From assembly GCA_945875545.1 (NCBI GenBank), contig CAMCKZ010000034.1:1-30152 (forward strand): DNA of 30,152 nt, given 5' to 3'. Below the pieces are notes generated by a model. It ran no database searches and was not told the origin of the DNA. It saw only the letters and a program-made list of their open reading frames with translations. Made by a program: the position numbers and the translations under genes. The DNA comes from Polyangium aurulentum. GTDB lineage: Bacteria > Myxococcota_A > Polyangia > Polyangiales > Polyangiaceae. The number at the start of each line of letters is the position of its first letter. Positions within the stretch are counted from its first letter, which is position 1. Positions 17,100-25,177 of this stretch are shown piece by piece.

Positions 17100-18597
17100 A
17101 TTCGGCGGCCTGCTCGACGAGGGCGAGAAACGTCAGAATGCCGTGACCGGTGGCACCCTTGCCGGACCACCCGACCGCCTTGTCGAGGTACGCTGGGCCC
17201 GCAATATCGACGTGAACCCAGTGTTTCTGCTCGCCGATGAACTCCCGGAGAAACATCGCCGCGGTGATCGAACCGCCCATGCGGTCGCCTGCTTGTTTCA
17301 CGTCGGCCACATCGCTTTTGAGCTGGTCGCGCAGGTCTTCGAGCAGCGGCATGCGCCACATCGTTTCGCCCGCTGCGTCCACCGCTCGTTGGAACGCCGC
17401 GCCGGCTTCGTCGGTGCTTGCGTAAAACGCGCTGCACGTCGCGCCGAGTGCGACCACGCACGCGCCCGTCAGGGTGGCGTTGTCGATGAGAAGGTCGGGC
17501 TGGAGCGCACGGCCATAGGCCAGCGCGTCGGCGAGAATGAGGCGGCCCTCGGCGTCGGTGTTCACGATTTCGACCGTGCGGCCGTCGAGAGAACCCCAGA
17601 TGTCCCCGGGGCGGTAAGCCTTGGCATCGGGCATGTTCTCGGCGAGCGGCGCAATGGCGTGAACCTCCACGTCCGGCTGAATCGCCGCAATGGCTTCCAT
17701 GAACCCGAGGAGGTTACCCGCGCCGGACATGTCGGCCTTCATGTCGCCCATTCCAGCAGAGGGCTTGATGCTGATGCCGCCGCTGTCGAAGGTCACGCCC
17801 TTGCCAATGACCACAATCTTTTTTCGCGCCTTTTTCTCAGGCGTATACGTCATATGCACAAAGTGTGGTTCGTGTGTGCTCCCCTGCCCTACAGCTTGCA
17901 GAAGCTTCATTCCGCGACGCTGTATCTCCTTGAAATCAAAGACTTTACACTCGAGTCCGTGCTCCTTGCACATCTTCACCGCGAGGTCGGCGTAGGACTC
18001 CGGGTACAAAACGTTGGGCGGCTCGTTGCCTACGTCGCGCGTGCGGTTGATCGCGACGCCGATCTTCTGACCGAGCTCCAACTGTTTTTTTGTCTCTGCG
18101 CTGGCCTTCGATGCGTAAACAACTTGGACCTTTTCGAGGGCATGTTTCGGCACGCGATCGCCGGTAAAATATTTGGTGAATCGGTACACGCCGAGTTCAA
18201 GACCTTCGCCGATCGTGCGGCTCTCTTTCTCAAGAATCTCGGGAATGACGAGGGCGAGGGTGGCAGCCTTCGCCGCTTGTGCGCAGCGCGATGCCTTCGC
18301 CGCGAAGGTACGAATCGCCTCGGCCTTCAAGGTCTCCGCATCTCCCAATCCGTGCAGCACGACGCAGTCGGCCTCGAGGCGCCCGAGCGTTTGAATCTCC
18401 AGCGTTTGGCCTCGTTTGCCCGTAAAATCATCTTTCGCCGCAGCCTTCGCGATGGCGCCGCCAAGGGCCTCATCAAGCACGCCAACCGCTGCCCCGAACT
18501 CGCCCTTCTTGCCCGTGGCGAGAACGCCCACGGCGATGACGTCGGCCGTCAGTTCGTTTGGTGCTGCGTGCTTGGACTGAATCTTCAACGATGACAT
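17098..18597 (-). CDS. pepA: Leucyl aminopeptidase (M17 family).
   Basis: The M17 signature is NTDAEGRLILADAL. The metal-ligand blocks are VIGKGVTFDSGGISIKP and MKADMSGAG. The start was chosen at MSSLKIQ (18597), with a GAGAGGA RBS upstream. The track extension to 18681 is Arg-rich with no homology. Confidence 0.9.
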   Translation of the reverse strand: MSSLKIQSKHAAPNELTADVIAVGVLATGKKGEFGAAVGVLDEALGGAIAKAAAKDDFTGKRGQTLEIQTLGRLEADCVVLHGLGDAETLKAEAIRTFAAKASRCAQAAKAATLALVIPEILEKESRTIGEGLELGVYRFTKYFTGDRVPKHALEKVQVVYASKASAETKKQLELGQKIGVAINRTRDVGNEPPNVLYPESYADLAVKMCKEHGLECKVFDFKEIQRRGMKLLQAVGQGSTHEPHFVHMTYTPEKKARKKIVVIGKGVTFDSGGISIKPSAGMGDMKADMSGAGNLLGFMEAIAAIQPDVEVHAIAPLAENMPDAKAYRPGDIWGSLDGRTVEIVNTDAEGRLILADALAYGRALQPDLLIDNATLTGACVVALGATCSAFYASTDEAGAAFQRAVDAAGETMWRMPLLEDLRDQLKSDVADVKQAGDRMGGSITAAMFLREFIGEQKHWVHVDIAGPAYLDKAVGWSGKGATGHGILTFLALVEQAAE

Positions 18598-18708
18598 CGA
18601 TAGCGATCCTCTCAAAAGACTGCGGCCGCTCGCCCAAGTAATGGCTCGCCGCTGCGCCCGGGATGCTGCCCGATTTGCCACGCGATTCGCAACATTATCG
18701 GTGCGTAG

Positions 18709-20013
18709 CTAACGCGCTTTTCTTGCGTGCGTTCCGCGTCGGGCACGGTTGGTCGGGCCGTCGCCTAGCCCTTTCCCGTCGGCCCATGCCGCCGCAAGTT
18801 CTGGCTTTTCCCAGGCACGAAGCACATCGCGCGCGAGGGTATTGGCCTTCACGTCCCACAGCGGACCCGACACGACGAGCGTAGCAATCGCAACCTGATG
18901 ACGCGCTGGGCCACGCCCGCGCCCCGTGTATCCGGCAAACCACGTGACGAGACCGCCCGCGTCCGGCGCGTTCAGCGTTCCCGTTTTGCCCGCGACGGGC
19001 GTCGCGAGCCACGGCTCTTGACCGTGATGAAAAGCTTTTCGTGACGTGCCCTCTTGAACCGTCGTCTCCATCATTCGCCCCACCGCGCGCGCGACGTCGG
19101 GCCCAAGAATGGGCTCCGCTTTCGCCGCTGGGCGCTCGTAGCGAACCGTGCCCGAAGCATCAACGACGCGTTCCACAATGTGGGCCTCGGGCCGGTCACC
19201 GGCGCGGGCAAAAGTCGCCGCGAGCAGGGCTGCGTGAAAGGGGCTCATCGTGCTGTTCGCAAACCCCGCGGCGGTGCGCCCGAAGCCGAGGGCGTCCGAC
19301 GGTACGTGCACTTCGCTGGCCTCCGTTTCGACATCAAAAGCAATCGGCGAACCGAACCCAAGACGGCGCGCTTGGTGCTCGAGAACAGCAGGCTTGAGGT
19401 GCTTGACTGCCAGCCGCGCAAAGACAGTATTGATGCTTTTTCCCATGGAAAGCGCAAGACTCGCGCACGCGCTCTCGCGGCCTGGATGCTCTTGCAGTTC
19501 ACGCATTCCGAGGCTGTGAAAACCTCCCGAATAACAAGTCTCCGTCTCCGGCGTCAGGTGCGCGTGCTCCACGAGGGCCGCTCCCGTGACGATCTTAAAG
19601 AGACTCGCGGCGGGCACGTTGGCCTCCACGTTAACGTCCGTCGTCCCCTTCGCACGACGGCTTGCCCACGCGAGTACGCGGCCATCTTCAACGTCCAAAA
19701 CGACGACGCCCGCGCGGTCAAAGCGATGATGCTCGAGGAGTTTTTGGGTCGCTTTTTGGAGCACCGGATCCACCGTCAACTCGGCCCGCTCACCGCTCGG
19801 CAGCGACACGGACGCGGCCCCGGATTCGGCTTTGATGCGCGCCAGATTGAGCCCCGCAAAAGGCGTCCGCAACATCGGCGCCGCGGGTTTATCGACCATC
19901 GCGGGCGGTGAAACGCTCGACCCGGAGGGACGTGGCCCGTCGTCTTTTCCGCGACACGACACGAGGGCAGCCGCCACAATCAGTGAGGAAATGCGCCGCG
20001 AACGAGACACCAT
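18709..20013 (-). CDS. Penicillin-binding-protein-type transpeptidase lipoprotein (PBP/beta-lactamase superfamily).
   Basis: The active-site triad is spaced as in PBPs: SLFK (SxxK), SIN (SxN) and KTGT followed by WFAGY. The lipoprotein signal is MVSRSRRISSLIVAAALVSC. The start was moved to the ATG of MVSR (20013). It lies immediately upstream of pepA on the same strand. Confidence 0.65.
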   Translation of the reverse strand: MVSRSRRISSLIVAAALVSCRGKDDGPRPSGSSVSPPAMVDKPAAPMLRTPFAGLNLARIKAESGAASVSLPSGERAELTVDPVLQKATQKLLEHHRFDRAGVVVLDVEDGRVLAWASRRAKGTTDVNVEANVPAASLFKIVTGAALVEHAHLTPETETCYSGGFHSLGMRELQEHPGRESACASLALSMGKSINTVFARLAVKHLKPAVLEHQARRLGFGSPIAFDVETEASEVHVPSDALGFGRTAAGFANSTMSPFHAALLAATFARAGDRPEAHIVERVVDASGTVRYERPAAKAEPILGPDVARAVGRMMETTVQEGTSRKAFHHGQEPWLATPVAGKTGTLNAPDAGGLVTWFAGYTGRGRGPARHQVAIATLVVSGPLWDVKANTLARDVLRAWEKPELAAAWADGKGLGDGPTNRARRGTHARKAR

Positions 20014-20058
20014 ACACCGGGGGTCGCATGTGGACCCGAACTCGGGCAACTATTCGGC

Positions 20059-21831
20059 ATGCGCTTGTCTCCGCTTCACATCGTCTTTCGCGTGGCTGTC
20101 GTGAGCACCGTTCCCATCGCGCTCGGCGCAGCTCCTCGGGTCGAGGTCGATACCCACACGTCGTTCGCGGAGGCGCAAGCTTGGCTCCTCCCATTGGCCG
20201 ATACGGATGACGGCGTCCGCCCGGTGGACGATCGCCTCTCGGTGCAAGGGCTCGCTCTGCAACGCACGAACGGGGAGCCGTGGCCCGAGACGTTCACCCT
20301 CGAACTCGACGGCCAGACGGAGGTCATTCGGCTCGGGCGATTGAAAACGCGATCGCCCGTTGTTCTTCGTTTTGAAACGGCGCGCGCGCTTCATTCTCTG
20401 CGCGTCACGGTCCTCCATGAACCCATCGACGACGCCCTCGTTCACGTGATTCTAGAAGAGTTTTTCCGAGGAGATTCCCTCGATAAACTGCTGCCACAGG
20501 TTTCAAGCCCCCCGCCCATGGGGTCGCGCATTTCCGCCCTTCTCGCCCACGCATCGGAGCCTGTTTTCGATGGGCTCGGACGCGCCTGGAAGACGATGCC
20601 TGCGAGCGCGCAGCTCACCGCGCTGGATACAGTTGGGCCGTCTCGCTGCGGCCCTGGTCTTCCGTTTCTGCTGCGCGTCTTTCTCGACGGCGGTGAACTT
20701 GGCGATCGCTCGGAGCGGCTTCTTGTCGGCTGCGGTTCGCGGGCTGCGGGCGGTATCGCGTTGCGGTTCGACGGTGCGGACGGCCCTCATCGGGCCAAGC
20801 TCGCCCGCCTCTACGCGGGGGCCGACCCGAGCCGCGCGTTTGCCTCATTGCTCGAAGCGTCGAGCTCCAGCGAAGGCCCATTGCGGGTCGCCCTTCGCTC
20901 GGCGTTGGAGCGTTCGGCAAAGCATTTTTCGTCTGAATTTATACAGGCAAAACTGTCTGATTCATCGGTTTCGCTGCGTTCGCGACTGGCCCTCGCAGGT
21001 GCCGTGACCGTCGCGCAAAACGAAGGCGCGCTGTCGGCGGTTGTCGAGAGCGGCGTGAAGAGTTTGGACCCACACGATCGGCGACGCGCAGCTCTTCTCG
21101 CCCGGGACCTCCCTCTTGCCTCACGGCGAACGATGGCGCCCGTGTTGCTCGCCGCCTACGATCAAGAGTCGTCCGCCACTTCACGTGTATTGTACACAGA
21201 TAGCCTGTGGCCCGTCGTGGGCGACGAGGCACGTCAACGTTTCCTCACGGACAAATCTCCCTCGGTGCGTGCCGCAGCGGGCCTGATGGCGAAGGAGGCG
21301 CGAAGCCCGTCGATTTCGCCGGCGGTCGCGGCGCAGCTGGAACGCGAAACCTGGTTTGAGCCCGCCAAAGCCCTGGCGGAAGCCCTGGCCACCGTGGCAC
21401 CGAATGACCACACGCGGGAGGTTCTCGCGGCGAAAGAGAATGACGCGAAGACCAGCCTTTTTGCAGCTGCTTTCCTCCGCGCGCGCGCCCTGTCCGGCGA
21501 CCCAAAAGTGGCGTCATCCGCGAAGAAAAAACTGCGCGACGACCAGGCACCGCTCGCACTTCGCGTGGCCTCGGCCGAAGCATTGGTTGTCCTCGGCGAT
21601 TCGAGCGTGAACCACGAACTTGTGCGCCTGGCCATGCGCGCTCAGGACCCGGTTTCCGAAGACGATTCGCCACTCGCGTACGCGTGCCTTGAGGCCCTCG
21701 AAGTATTGGCGACCTCGGCGGATCGGGAAACCCTCGCGCCGCTCGTCGCCGTGAAAGACCCCGCCATTCGCGCGCTCGCACGGCGCGTGGTTCACGGAGG
21801 CGCGGTCCCATCGACCACGGCCCCTCAATGA
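20059..21831 (+). CDS. Hypothetical secreted protein with HEAT/PBS-lyase-like repeats, 590 aa.
   Basis: It has an N-terminal hydrophobic signal (IVFRVAVVSTVPIALGAAP). The C-terminal half has repeated ..S..VRAAAG.., ALRVASAEALVVLGD and DPAIRALARRV helical repeat motifs. No catalytic motif was found. Confidence 0.5.
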   Translation: MRLSPLHIVFRVAVVSTVPIALGAAPRVEVDTHTSFAEAQAWLLPLADTDDGVRPVDDRLSVQGLALQRTNGEPWPETFTLELDGQTEVIRLGRLKTRSPVVLRFETARALHSLRVTVLHEPIDDALVHVILEEFFRGDSLDKLLPQVSSPPPMGSRISALLAHASEPVFDGLGRAWKTMPASAQLTALDTVGPSRCGPGLPFLLRVFLDGGELGDRSERLLVGCGSRAAGGIALRFDGADGPHRAKLARLYAGADPSRAFASLLEASSSSEGPLRVALRSALERSAKHFSSEFIQAKLSDSSVSLRSRLALAGAVTVAQNEGALSAVVESGVKSLDPHDRRRAALLARDLPLASRRTMAPVLLAAYDQESSATSRVLYTDSLWPVVGDEARQRFLTDKSPSVRAAAGLMAKEARSPSISPAVAAQLERETWFEPAKALAEALATVAPNDHTREVLAAKENDAKTSLFAAAFLRARALSGDPKVASSAKKKLRDDQAPLALRVASAEALVVLGDSSVNHELVRLAMRAQDPVSEDDSPLAYACLEALEVLATSADRETLAPLVAVKDPAIRALARRVVHGGAVPSTTAPQ

Positions 21832-22199
21832 CGAGGCATGGCTCGCCCGCGGTTTGCTACGCGATGGTCGAGCGCGGTGCGCGTTTGATCGATGTGCGTG
21901 CCCCGGAAGAATTTGCCGATGGGCATCCAAAAGACGCGCAAAACGTGCCATTTACACGCTTTCGCGAAGGCCGCCTCGTGGACGACCCACTGTTTTTGGC
22001 CGCCATTTTGGATTCATGCAGTCTGCATCAATCCCTCGCCCTGGTGTGCCGTTCTGGGGCGCGGGCAACCAAGGCGGCGACCCTTCTCGAGGGTGCAGGG
22101 TACACAGATATTTGGGTGGTCATCGGCGGCTACGAAGGCACGCGAGGCCCCTTCGGAGAGGTCGTCGATCCCGGTTGGCGACGCCTCGAACTGCCATAG
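21828..22199 (+). CDS. Single-domain rhodanese-like sulfurtransferase.
   Basis: LIDVRAPEEFADGH...AQNVP...LVCRSGARATKAATLL..GYTDIWVVIGGY, with the active-site CRSGAR loop. The ATG at 21828 overlaps the upstream TGA (ATGA). Confidence 0.75.
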   Translation: MTRHGSPAVCYAMVERGARLIDVRAPEEFADGHPKDAQNVPFTRFREGRLVDDPLFLAAILDSCSLHQSLALVCRSGARATKAATLLEGAGYTDIWVVIGGYEGTRGPFGEVVDPGWRRLELP

Positions 22200-22231
22200 C
22201 CGTCGAGTCGTTCTCGTCTCCCCGCAGTCAT

Positions 22232-22852
22232 CTACGGTGCCTGATGCGGGCCCGGTTTCTCGCCCTCTTTTTCGCCTTGGCGGCGACGTTCGTAGTCGAC
22301 GCCGCTGCGTAGAATGACTTCCCGATCGCGCAGGGCTTGCTGGGCCTGGGCCACAAGTTCCGCCGTGAAAAACGTGAGCCCATAGCGGCCATCCGGGTCG
22401 CGGTGAAACACGTACCGACCGCCCGTGGCAGTCACGACCGTCGCAAGATCGCCGTCGTTCTCCACGTGCTCAATGGGCGACAAGCCTTTGGTGAGGTGAG
22501 CGACCCATCCCCGAGCCTCTGCGTAACGGGCGAAGGCTTGCGGCCCGTTGTCGCCGACGGCGATAGCGCCATATTTCTCAGTAAAAACAAGGACTTCGTC
22601 CGCCGGAAAATTCTTACGCACGACCGCCAACGACTCGGTACGCGTGCGCGCCATCGCGTAGGTCGCGTCTCGCGCCGCCACCTCAAGGTAGGAAAAAACG
22701 ACCTGCGGCTGGCCCAACTCCAAGTGCTTGGCCATGCGCAAATAGGCCCCCTCCGGCGTGGTGTCGGCGGGGTAACTGCGCGCGTAGACCCCGAGAAAGA
22801 CCGCCCCGAGGGCGAACATTCCGGCAGCGATGCGAACGTTTCGAGTCGTCAT
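22232..22852 (-). CDS. Hypothetical membrane-anchored protein, 206 aa.
   Basis: ORF-track frame. The N-terminal signal anchor is MTTRNVRIAAGMFALGAVFLGVYA. No family was recognised. It is divergent from the GT2 gene. Confidence 0.4.
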   Translation of the reverse strand: MTTRNVRIAAGMFALGAVFLGVYARSYPADTTPEGAYLRMAKHLELGQPQVVFSYLEVAARDATYAMARTRTESLAVVRKNFPADEVLVFTEKYGAIAVGDNGPQAFARYAEARGWVAHLTKGLSPIEHVENDGDLATVVTATGGRYVFHRDPDGRYGLTFFTAELVAQAQQALRDREVILRSGVDYERRRQGEKEGEKPGPHQAP

Positions 22853-22919
22853 GAGCGTGCCTCACGGGTAGCGGACTGCCTCGCCCTTTGCCACCACGGA
22901 AACCGCCCGTGCGTTCCCG

Positions 22920-23678
22920 ATGCTCCACCAAAAACCCGTCTTCGTTGTCGTTCCGGCGCGCGATGAGTTCCCTCGAATTCATCGCGTTATCAGCCAGTTG
23001 CCGGCCTTCGTGGACGCCGTCGTCGTCGTGGATGACGGAAGCGTCGACGGTACCCACGCGCGGGCCCGCAGCGCGTTGGCAGGGCGCGGCGTTGCCGTGC
23101 GGAACGAAGTCGCGCTCGGCGTCGGCGCAGCGATCGCCCGCGGTTACAGAATATGTGCAGACTACACCGATGTTTCGGAAGCCGCCATTGCAGTCATGGC
23201 CGGCGATGACCAGATGGACCCGGGCGACCTTGAGGCGGTGGTGACGCCAATTGTTCGCGGCGAATGCTCGTACGTGAAGGGCAACCGGTTCGCCCACGCA
23301 GACGGCGCAAGTGCCATGCCGTGGGATCGAAAACTCGGCGGGCACTTTTTTTCGCGCGCCACGAGCATCGCCATCGGCCAGCCCGTGCACGACTCCCAGT
23401 GCGGCTTCACGGCGATCTCCCGCGAGTGCCTCGTTCGCCTTCTTTCCCAGCCTTTTTGGCCCAGTTTTGGGTACCCCAACGTTGTTCTTGGCGATCTCGC
23501 GCGCATGGGCGCACGCGTCAAAGAGGTGCCCGTGCGCGCGGTTTACGCCGACGAAGTCAGTCGCCTACGCGCAAAACATGTCTTCGCCATTGCCGGCCTC
23601 ATCGCGCGCGAGGCCTGGAAAACTCACTGCACAATACATGCAACTCAAGGTGCGGCGGGCGTCGCCTCGCGCCCGTGA
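22920..23678 (+). CDS. Glycosyltransferase family 2 (GT-A, polyprenyl-phosphate or DPM1-like sugar transferase).
   Basis: VFVVVPARDEFPRI, VVVVDDGSVDGT and the DxD motif AGDDQMDP. It is soluble and GtrB-like with no C-terminal TM. Confidence 0.8.
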   Translation: MLHQKPVFVVVPARDEFPRIHRVISQLPAFVDAVVVVDDGSVDGTHARARSALAGRGVAVRNEVALGVGAAIARGYRICADYTDVSEAAIAVMAGDDQMDPGDLEAVVTPIVRGECSYVKGNRFAHADGASAMPWDRKLGGHFFSRATSIAIGQPVHDSQCGFTAISRECLVRLLSQPFWPSFGYPNVVLGDLARMGARVKEVPVRAVYADEVSRLRAKHVFAIAGLIAREAWKTHCTIHATQGAAGVASRP

Positions 23679-23717
23679 TTCGGCGGACGTCACCGTCGAT
23701 GCCGACGTTTTTCAGCG

Positions 23718-25013
23718 TCAAGCGAGAGCGCGCTCGACCATCGTCGTGGCAAAACGGAGAACGTGGCCGAGGTCAAAACAGCTCGACACACGCTCACTGG
23801 ATAGGCGGCCCGTGATGTCTGTGTCGGCCTGCACGTTGGCGCGGAGAGTGCCCTCGCCTCGCCATGCTTTCATCGCGTTGCGTTGCACGAGGACGTAGGC
23901 CTCTTGCCGCGCCATGCCGGCCTCCACGAGCGCCAGAAGCAGACCCTCGGAAAAGAAAAGATCGCCCGCTCTATCGAGGGAACGCTGCAAATTTGCTGGA
24001 TATATGACAAGGCCCTCCACGAGGCCTTTGGTGCGATCGAGCATGAACGCGAGGGTCGCGGTCACGTCGGGGCCAATCATTCGCTCGACCGACGAATGGC
24101 TGATGTCGCGTTCATGCCACATGACGATGTTTTCAAAAGCCGGTGCCACCGCGGCACGAACGATCCGCGCGAGGCCACACAGGTTCTCGCTGAGAATTGG
24201 ATTTCGTTTGTGCGGCATCGCGCTCGACCCCTTTTGCCCCGCCGTGAAGGCCTCCTCGGCCTCGCCGACGTCGCTCCGCTGCCAATGGCGCACGTTGGTC
24301 GCCAGGCGCTCGATGGCGCTCGCTACAAAGGCGCAGGCGGTGAAGACCTCCGCGTGGCGATCGCGGGGAACAATCTGGGTGGCCAAGGGTTCGGCCTTCA
24401 GCCCCAATTTTGCAAGCGCCACGCGCTCGATTTCTGGCGACAAATGCGCGTAAGTTCCGACGGCACCCGCGACTTTTCCGTAGGCAATTCCCTCGCGGGC
24501 GCGCTCGAGGCGCTCGCGTCCGCGCTTCAATTCTGCGAAGTGCCCGGCGAGAACGATGCCGAACGTGACCGGCTCCGCGAACATGCCGTGACTCCGACCA
24601 ATCATCGGCGTTTCCGCGTGCTCGCGGGCCCGTTTCGCGAGGGCTTCGAGGGCCGCATCCGTGCGGACGATGAGCTTATCGACGGCCTCCACCATCAAGA
24701 GTGCGAGAGCACTATCGAGCACGTCGCTCGAGGTCATTCCGCGATGAAGCCAACGCGCGTCGTCGCCCACAAGCTCCTCAACATGCGTGAGGAATGCAAT
24801 CACATCGTGTTTCACGGTTCGTTCAATCGCCTCGATGCGCGCGGCATCGAGGACGATGTTTTTCGAACGAATACGCCCGGCCACACCCTCCGGAACGAGG
24901 CCGTGTTGCTCCATGGCTTCGCAGGCCGCTAGCTCCACTTCAAGCCACACTTTGAAGCGTTTGTCGGACGTCCAAAGGTCGGCAAAATCAGGCGGGGTGT
25001 AGCGAGCGATCAT
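23718..25013 (-). CDS. purB: Adenylosuccinate lyase.
   Basis: MIARYTPPDFADLW start. The fumarate-lyase signature is GSSAMPHKRNP. Length is 431 aa. Confidence 0.93.
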   Translation of the reverse strand: MIARYTPPDFADLWTSDKRFKVWLEVELAACEAMEQHGLVPEGVAGRIRSKNIVLDAARIEAIERTVKHDVIAFLTHVEELVGDDARWLHRGMTSSDVLDSALALLMVEAVDKLIVRTDAALEALAKRAREHAETPMIGRSHGMFAEPVTFGIVLAGHFAELKRGRERLERAREGIAYGKVAGAVGTYAHLSPEIERVALAKLGLKAEPLATQIVPRDRHAEVFTACAFVASAIERLATNVRHWQRSDVGEAEEAFTAGQKGSSAMPHKRNPILSENLCGLARIVRAAVAPAFENIVMWHERDISHSSVERMIGPDVTATLAFMLDRTKGLVEGLVIYPANLQRSLDRAGDLFFSEGLLLALVEAGMARQEAYVLVQRNAMKAWRGEGTLRANVQADTDITGRLSSERVSSCFDLGHVLRFATTMVERALA

Positions 25014-25177
25014 GCGAAGCGCGGTAGCCCTTTTTCGGTGCCGGCTGTGAAGTTAGAGCGGGTTTCAGTCACATCGACCCCCGCGTGGATGCGTGCGATT
25101 CGGCAGGAAAGGCTGGTGGGGGTCGTCGGGGGAGCGGCAGCAGGCGGCCACTCTTCACAGGCCGACCGTAAACTGCC

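Noticed and set aside
25014-25177. The G-rich ggtgggggtcgtcggggga stretch upstream of purB as a G-quadruplex or riboswitch.
   Set aside because: There are only two long G-tracts, which is not enough for a canonical G4. No purine-riboswitch consensus was recognised. It is probably just the purB promoter and the fadJ 3' UTR.
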